Shown here in pieces: positions 59,914-64,000 of a stretch of DNA of 64,000 nucleotides. Within the stretch, counting starts at the first letter, position 1; each line of letters opens with the position of its first letter. The stretch is from an uncultured Gemmatimonadaceae bacterium (GTDB lineage: Bacteria > Gemmatimonadota > Gemmatimonadetes > Gemmatimonadales > Gemmatimonadaceae): NCBI GenBank assembly GCA_963817955.1, contig CAWFQK010000001.1:192001-256000 (forward strand), in the 5' to 3' direction. The notes beneath the pieces are model-generated. The model was not told where the DNA came from. It ran no database searches and saw nothing but the letters and a program-made list of their open reading frames with translations. A program made the translations under genes and the position numbers.

Positions 59914-60407
59914 TAACGGCGCAAACGGCTGACGGCGCTGACTCCGTAACGGCGCGAACTGCTGACGGCGCTGACGCCCTAACGGCGCTGACTCCCTGAC
60001 GGCGCCAACTCCCTGAGGTCGCTGACTCCCTAACGGCGCCAACTCCCTGACGGCGGGCTTACGGCGGGCTTACGGCGGATGACTCCCTAGCACGAACGGT
60101 TCGGAGGAACCGCGCGCGGTCTACGCCGAGCCTGCGGACCAAACCTTCGGAGATACTCGCCCGATGGATTGCGCGGAATTTCAGAGCGGCTCGACGTGCA
60201 GCAGCCGGGGAGTGAAGTCGACCAGCTGAACCATCTCACCAGCTACGAGATCCGCGCCAAACGCCCGCCGTAAGCCGCCGTAAGCCCGCCGTAAGCCGCC
60301 GTCAGGGAGTTGGCGCCGTTAGGGAGTCAGCGACCTCAGGGAGTTGGCGCCGTCAGGGAGTCAGCGCCGTTAGGGCGTCAGCGCCGTCAGCAGTTCGCGC
60401 CGTTACG
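59914..60407. mobile_element. Family A palindromic element, copy 5, with a distinct core
   Basis: 112-bp perfect inverted repeat (59945-60056 / 60296-60407) around a unique core. Confidence 0.88.
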
Positions 60408-60518
60408 CCGCTTCGCCTCGTCAGCTCTATTCCCCACCACGTTGCGCGCCGCTTCGCGCGCCGAGCAGATTGAGATCATGAATGCGCTACGCCTACTCGT
60501 CCCCATCGTTCGGTTGTC

Positions 60519-62141
60519 ATGACCAGCGCCACACCACCATCGCGCGGCGCGACCAGGGCGCAGCCGCTCGCCCAGGAGACCGACATCGAGAAGTTCCGCT
60601 GGTTCATCCTGCTCGGGCTGATTACCGCGGCGATGATGGAGATTCTCGACACGACCATCATCAATGTGGCGCTGCCGGATATGGCCGGGAACCTCGGCGC
60701 GACACACGAAGAGATTGCCTGGGTCAGTACGTCGTACATCATCTCGAATGTCGTCGTGCTCCCCATGACCGCGTTCTTCGCCGCCACTTTTGGGCGGAAG
60801 CGCTATCTCACGTTCTCCATTCTGCTCTTCATCTTCGCCTCGTTCATGTGCGGCACGTCGCACAGCCTCGGCGAGCTCGTCGTGTGGCGTCTCGTACAGG
60901 GCGCCGGCGGCGCGGCGCTGCTCTCGACCGCCCAAGCCACGCTCCGGCAGATCTTTCCGCGAGAAGAGCAGGGGATGGTGCAGGCCATCTTCATGCTCGG
61001 CGTCATCGTCGCGCCCACAATGGGGCCGACGCTCGGCGGTTGGATCACGGATAATTACCAGTGGAACTGGTGCTTCTTCATCAACGTTCCCATCGGTTTA
61101 CTGTCGGCGTTCCTGGTGACCACGTTCCTGCACGATCATCCGGGCCAACAGCGGCGCTCTGGGCCAGTGGATTGGTTCGGCATCGGCTTGCTGATCGCGG
61201 GGGTTGGCCCGTTGCAGTACGTGCTGGAGGAAGGAAACAAGAACGATTGGTTCGCCGACCGGACGATCACGGGGCTCTCCATTCTCGCCGTGGTGTCGCT
61301 GCTGACGATGGTCTGGTGGGAGCTGTCGCCGCGCAACGAGCATCCGGTGATCGAGTTCCGAGTGCTGCGCAATCGCGATCTCGCCGCGTCGATCTTCCTG
61401 TTCGTCGTACTCGGCTTCGGGCTCTTCGGCGGGACCTTCCTTTTCCCGCTCTTCACGCAGGGCATCCTCGGCTTCACGCCACTGATGACCGGTCTCGCCA
61501 TGTTCCCAGGCGGCATCGCATCTGGGGCGCTCGCGCTCGTCTGCGGACGACTGCTCAACGGAAAGCGACCGCTGGTGGACTCGCGGCTGCTGATTCTCTG
61601 CGGAATCTTCCTGTTCCTGCTGTCCATGTGGAAGCTGGGACACCTGACGTCGGCAGCAGGGGAGCCTGATGCTCGATTCGCCCTGATCATTCGCGGCGCG
61701 GCACTCGGACTCCTCTTCACGCCGATCAACAACGCCGCCTTCGGCAGCCTGGAGCCGAGCGAGGCGCAGCAGGCCTCCGGACTCATCAACCTGTCGCGAC
61801 AGCTCGGCGGCTCCTTCGGTATCGCGGTGCTCACGACGTATGTGACCCGTCACATCCAGTACCACCGGGCAGACCTGGTCAGCAACGTGTACGCCGGCAA
61901 TCCGGCGTTCGAGCAGCGGTACCAGGCAACGGTGCAGGCGCTCATTGCCCACGGAGCGCCCGCGATCACCGCGAAGCAGGAGGCGATGAAGGTGATCGAC
62001 GGTACGCTGATGCGTCAGGCGTCAATGTTGGCGTACAACGACGCATGGATGCTGATCCTGCTGTCGTTCCTCTTCGTGGCGCCGGCGGTGCTGTTGCTGC
62101 GGAAACATCGCAGAAACGCAGCGCCGGCTGAGGCACACTGA
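60519..62141 (+). CDS. DHA2 family MFS efflux permease (EmrB/QacA)
   Basis: LDTTIINVALP, WVSTSY, RLVQGAGG, GPTLGG, W.FFINVPIG. Confidence 0.93.
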   Translation: MTSATPPSRGATRAQPLAQETDIEKFRWFILLGLITAAMMEILDTTIINVALPDMAGNLGATHEEIAWVSTSYIISNVVVLPMTAFFAATFGRKRYLTFSILLFIFASFMCGTSHSLGELVVWRLVQGAGGAALLSTAQATLRQIFPREEQGMVQAIFMLGVIVAPTMGPTLGGWITDNYQWNWCFFINVPIGLLSAFLVTTFLHDHPGQQRRSGPVDWFGIGLLIAGVGPLQYVLEEGNKNDWFADRTITGLSILAVVSLLTMVWWELSPRNEHPVIEFRVLRNRDLAASIFLFVVLGFGLFGGTFLFPLFTQGILGFTPLMTGLAMFPGGIASGALALVCGRLLNGKRPLVDSRLLILCGIFLFLLSMWKLGHLTSAAGEPDARFALIIRGAALGLLFTPINNAAFGSLEPSEAQQASGLINLSRQLGGSFGIAVLTTYVTRHIQYHRADLVSNVYAGNPAFEQRYQATVQALIAHGAPAITAKQEAMKVIDGTLMRQASMLAYNDAWMLILLSFLFVAPAVLLLRKHRRNAAPAEAH

Positions 62142-62158
62142 TCGCAAAGACCCGACGG

Positions 62159-62401
62159 CTAACCCTTGGTCTTCAACTCCGACTCGTGGTCGACGATGAA
62201 CGCGCGGATCTCGTCGGCCATGTCGAGGAGCTTTGTCCACTGCTCCTTATAGAAGGTGATTGGAAACCGTCCCAACCCATAGACCGAGACCCCGCCCTTC
62301 TCACTCACCTTCATCGAGATGCCCTTCGCAGCTCCTTTCTTCAGTGCCTCGTTCTCTTTCCGAAGGCGCTCCAGTTCTGCGTGTAGGTCTTGATCGCTCA
62401 T
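62159..62401 (-). CDS. Small hypothetical protein
   Basis: GGAG upstream; N-terminal coiled coil then KVSEKGGVSVYGLGRFPITFYKEQW. Confidence 0.82.
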   Translation of the reverse strand: MSDQDLHAELERLRKENEALKKGAAKGISMKVSEKGGVSVYGLGRFPITFYKEQWTKLLDMADEIRAFIVDHESELKTKG

Positions 62402-62472
62402 CGAAGTCTCCAAAAAATGGGATCCCAGATCTGCCAACAGCCAAGGTAGTCGCCAAAGATGAGAGTATCAAA

Positions 62473-63246
62473 TCAGCGTGCCAATCCGTTCGTTCGCGTC
62501 CGTGCGTCGTTCAGGACACGTTCGGCGTAATCGATGCCTGCCGCGGTCCGCGAGCCGTGCCACGACAGCAATTCACCGTCCACTTGTACGAATCGATCCC
62601 GCGGAAGACTGGCCAACGCCGATAGTTCCCCCGCGTGGTGTTCCCTGAAGGGGAAGGGCTCGCTAGACAGGAACACGACATCAGGATTTGCCGCCGCCAA
62701 ATCCGCAGGTTTGATAGCTGGATATCGAACGGGTCGATCGGCAAAGACGTTCACGCCGCCGGCGAGCGAGAGCATCGCATGAATGAAGGTGTCGCCGTTC
62801 ACCGTCATCCACGGTTCGCGCCAGATCAGGTAGGCCCACCGCACCACCTGTCGACGTACGCTGGCACGCACGCGGGCGAGCCGCGCCTCGATGTCAGAGG
62901 CGATCCGCTCGGCCGCCGTCCCACGGACGATCGCTTCGCCAATGGATCGTACCATGGAGGCTGTGTCTTCAGGCGTACGCGGAAAGCTCACGTGACAGCG
63001 CACTCCAGCGGCGGTAAGCGCATCCGCGTCCTCTCGGCGATTCTCCTCCTCGTTGAGGAGCACGAGATCAGGCGCCAGCTCAATGATGCGCGCGATCTTC
63101 GGGTTCTTGGTGCCACCAACCTTCTCGACGGCGTCCACGGCACCATGAGGATGCAGGCAGAACTTGGTGCGCCCCACCAGTTCCTGCCCGGCCCCCAGGT
63201 CGAACACGAGCTCGGTGAGACTGGGACAGAGTGAGATGATCCGCAT
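62473..63246 (-). CDS. Helical backbone metal receptor (BtuF/TroA-like binding protein)
   Basis: RIISLCPSLTE...LG, VGGTKNP, EENR, SSEPFPF, VDGE..SW.G.R; no signal peptide. Confidence 0.88.
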   Translation of the reverse strand: MRIISLCPSLTELVFDLGAGQELVGRTKFCLHPHGAVDAVEKVGGTKNPKIARIIELAPDLVLLNEEENRREDADALTAAGVRCHVSFPRTPEDTASMVRSIGEAIVRGTAAERIASDIEARLARVRASVRRQVVRWAYLIWREPWMTVNGDTFIHAMLSLAGGVNVFADRPVRYPAIKPADLAAANPDVVFLSSEPFPFREHHAGELSALASLPRDRFVQVDGELLSWHGSRTAAGIDYAERVLNDARTRTNGLAR

Positions 63247-63264
63247 GCATGGAAAGCTAGTCGC

Positions 63265-63344
63265 CGCGCGCGACGAGCTCCGCGCGCGACGAGGTTCGCG
63301 CCCGACGAGCTCCGCGCCCGACGAGCTCCGCGCGCCACGAGGTT
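63265..63344. repeat. Five 16-bp tandem repeats CGCGC[G/C]CGACGAG[CTC/GTT]
   Basis: Units at 63265, 63281, 63297, 63313 and 63329 between divergent genes. Confidence 0.85.
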
Positions 63345-63369
63345 CGCTCCCTGCGACTATCCTACTCTG

Positions 63370-63633
63370 ATGCCCAACACCGCTCTCGCTTCGATCGTCG
63401 GGTCAATCTCCGGCCTGATCACCGTGTTGTCATTCGTGCCGCAAGCCGTGCATGCATGGCGCACGGGCCGCACGCAGGATCTATCGAGCGGCACGTTCAT
63501 CATGCTCGTGCTGCAATCCGCGGGGTGGACGACTTATGGCGTGCTGCTCGACCAGGCGCCGATCGTCTGGACCAACTGCTGTGTCTTGCTGCTGACGATC
63601 TCGATTCTCGCGGCCAAGTTTCGGCACGGGTGA
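63370..63633 (+). CDS. SemiSWEET/PQ-loop family transporter
   Basis: 87 aa, three TM segments, SFVPQ, T.DLS, W..YG, P....N. Confidence 0.88.
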   Translation: MPNTALASIVGSISGLITVLSFVPQAVHAWRTGRTQDLSSGTFIMLVLQSAGWTTYGVLLDQAPIVWTNCCVLLLTISILAAKFRHG

Positions 63634-63697
63634 TACCGAGCAGCTCGGCTCCTGCCCGCGGACCACATTCTCCTCGAGACGGGATGAATCCTTGCCA

Positions 63698-64000
63698 GTG
63701 GCCAGTCCCACTCCTACGGTTACCAGCAGTCTGTCCCCTTCCTTAGCCAAAGCTGGCGTGGCGCAAATCAACACGTTCGACGGCGCGGAACGTCCACCGC
63801 GCATCCGCAAACCCTTCATTGTCCGTTGGCGTTGGCCGTTGCTTGCGGCGTGTACGATTGCGGCGGTGGCAGGCGTTCTCTGGTCCGCGCGCCACGAAAC
63901 CAGAACCATCGTTATCGTGGCGCCGTTCGAGAACGAAACCAACGACAGCGCGTTCACCCTGGTGGCCACGGCGGCAGGAAGCTGGATCAGCGATGGCTTG
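63698..64000 (+). CDS. Partial membrane-anchored protein with a TolB-N/FlgO-like domain (truncated by window end)
   Basis: Open frame with a TM segment then VIVAPFENETND...WISDGL; start uncertain (GTG 63698 or 63758). Confidence 0.6.
   Translation, partial: MASPTPTVTSSLSPSLAKAGVAQINTFDGAERPPRIRKPFIVRWRWPLLAACTIAAVAGVLWSARHETRTIVIVAPFENETNDSAFTLVATAAGSWISDGL

Overview
High-GC bacterial chromosomal window. Gene content (ADOP-type duplicated permeases, acidobacterial-type PadR, many PAS hybrid kinases) suggests a Gemmatimonadota/Acidobacteriota-like organism; this is an inference. About 40 CDSs are supported: signalling genes (three coupled PAS hybrid kinases, the last a likely pseudokinase; a cupin-PAS-kinase fusion; TPR-GGDEF; LytS/LytTR; ECF sigma/anti-sigma), a DNA-processing cluster (YhaO/Mre11-like, frameshifted YhaN/Rad50-like, AddB-like, AddA-like), hydrolases, transporters and several eroded pseudogenes. 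No rRNA, tRNA, CRISPR array or intact transposase was seen. The most striking structure is non-coding: several families of long palindromic elements with tandem-repeat arms. They sit at gene 3' ends and in five cases contribute the stop codon, their two arms are homogenised within each copy, and one pair brackets about 2.7 kb of cargo. Two of them enclose what look like heavily deleted relics of GxxExxY (PD-(D/E)XK-type) nuclease genes, which suggests a REPIN-like mobile system driven by a small nuclease rather than a RAYT. All family assignments are by eye from motifs; no searches were run.
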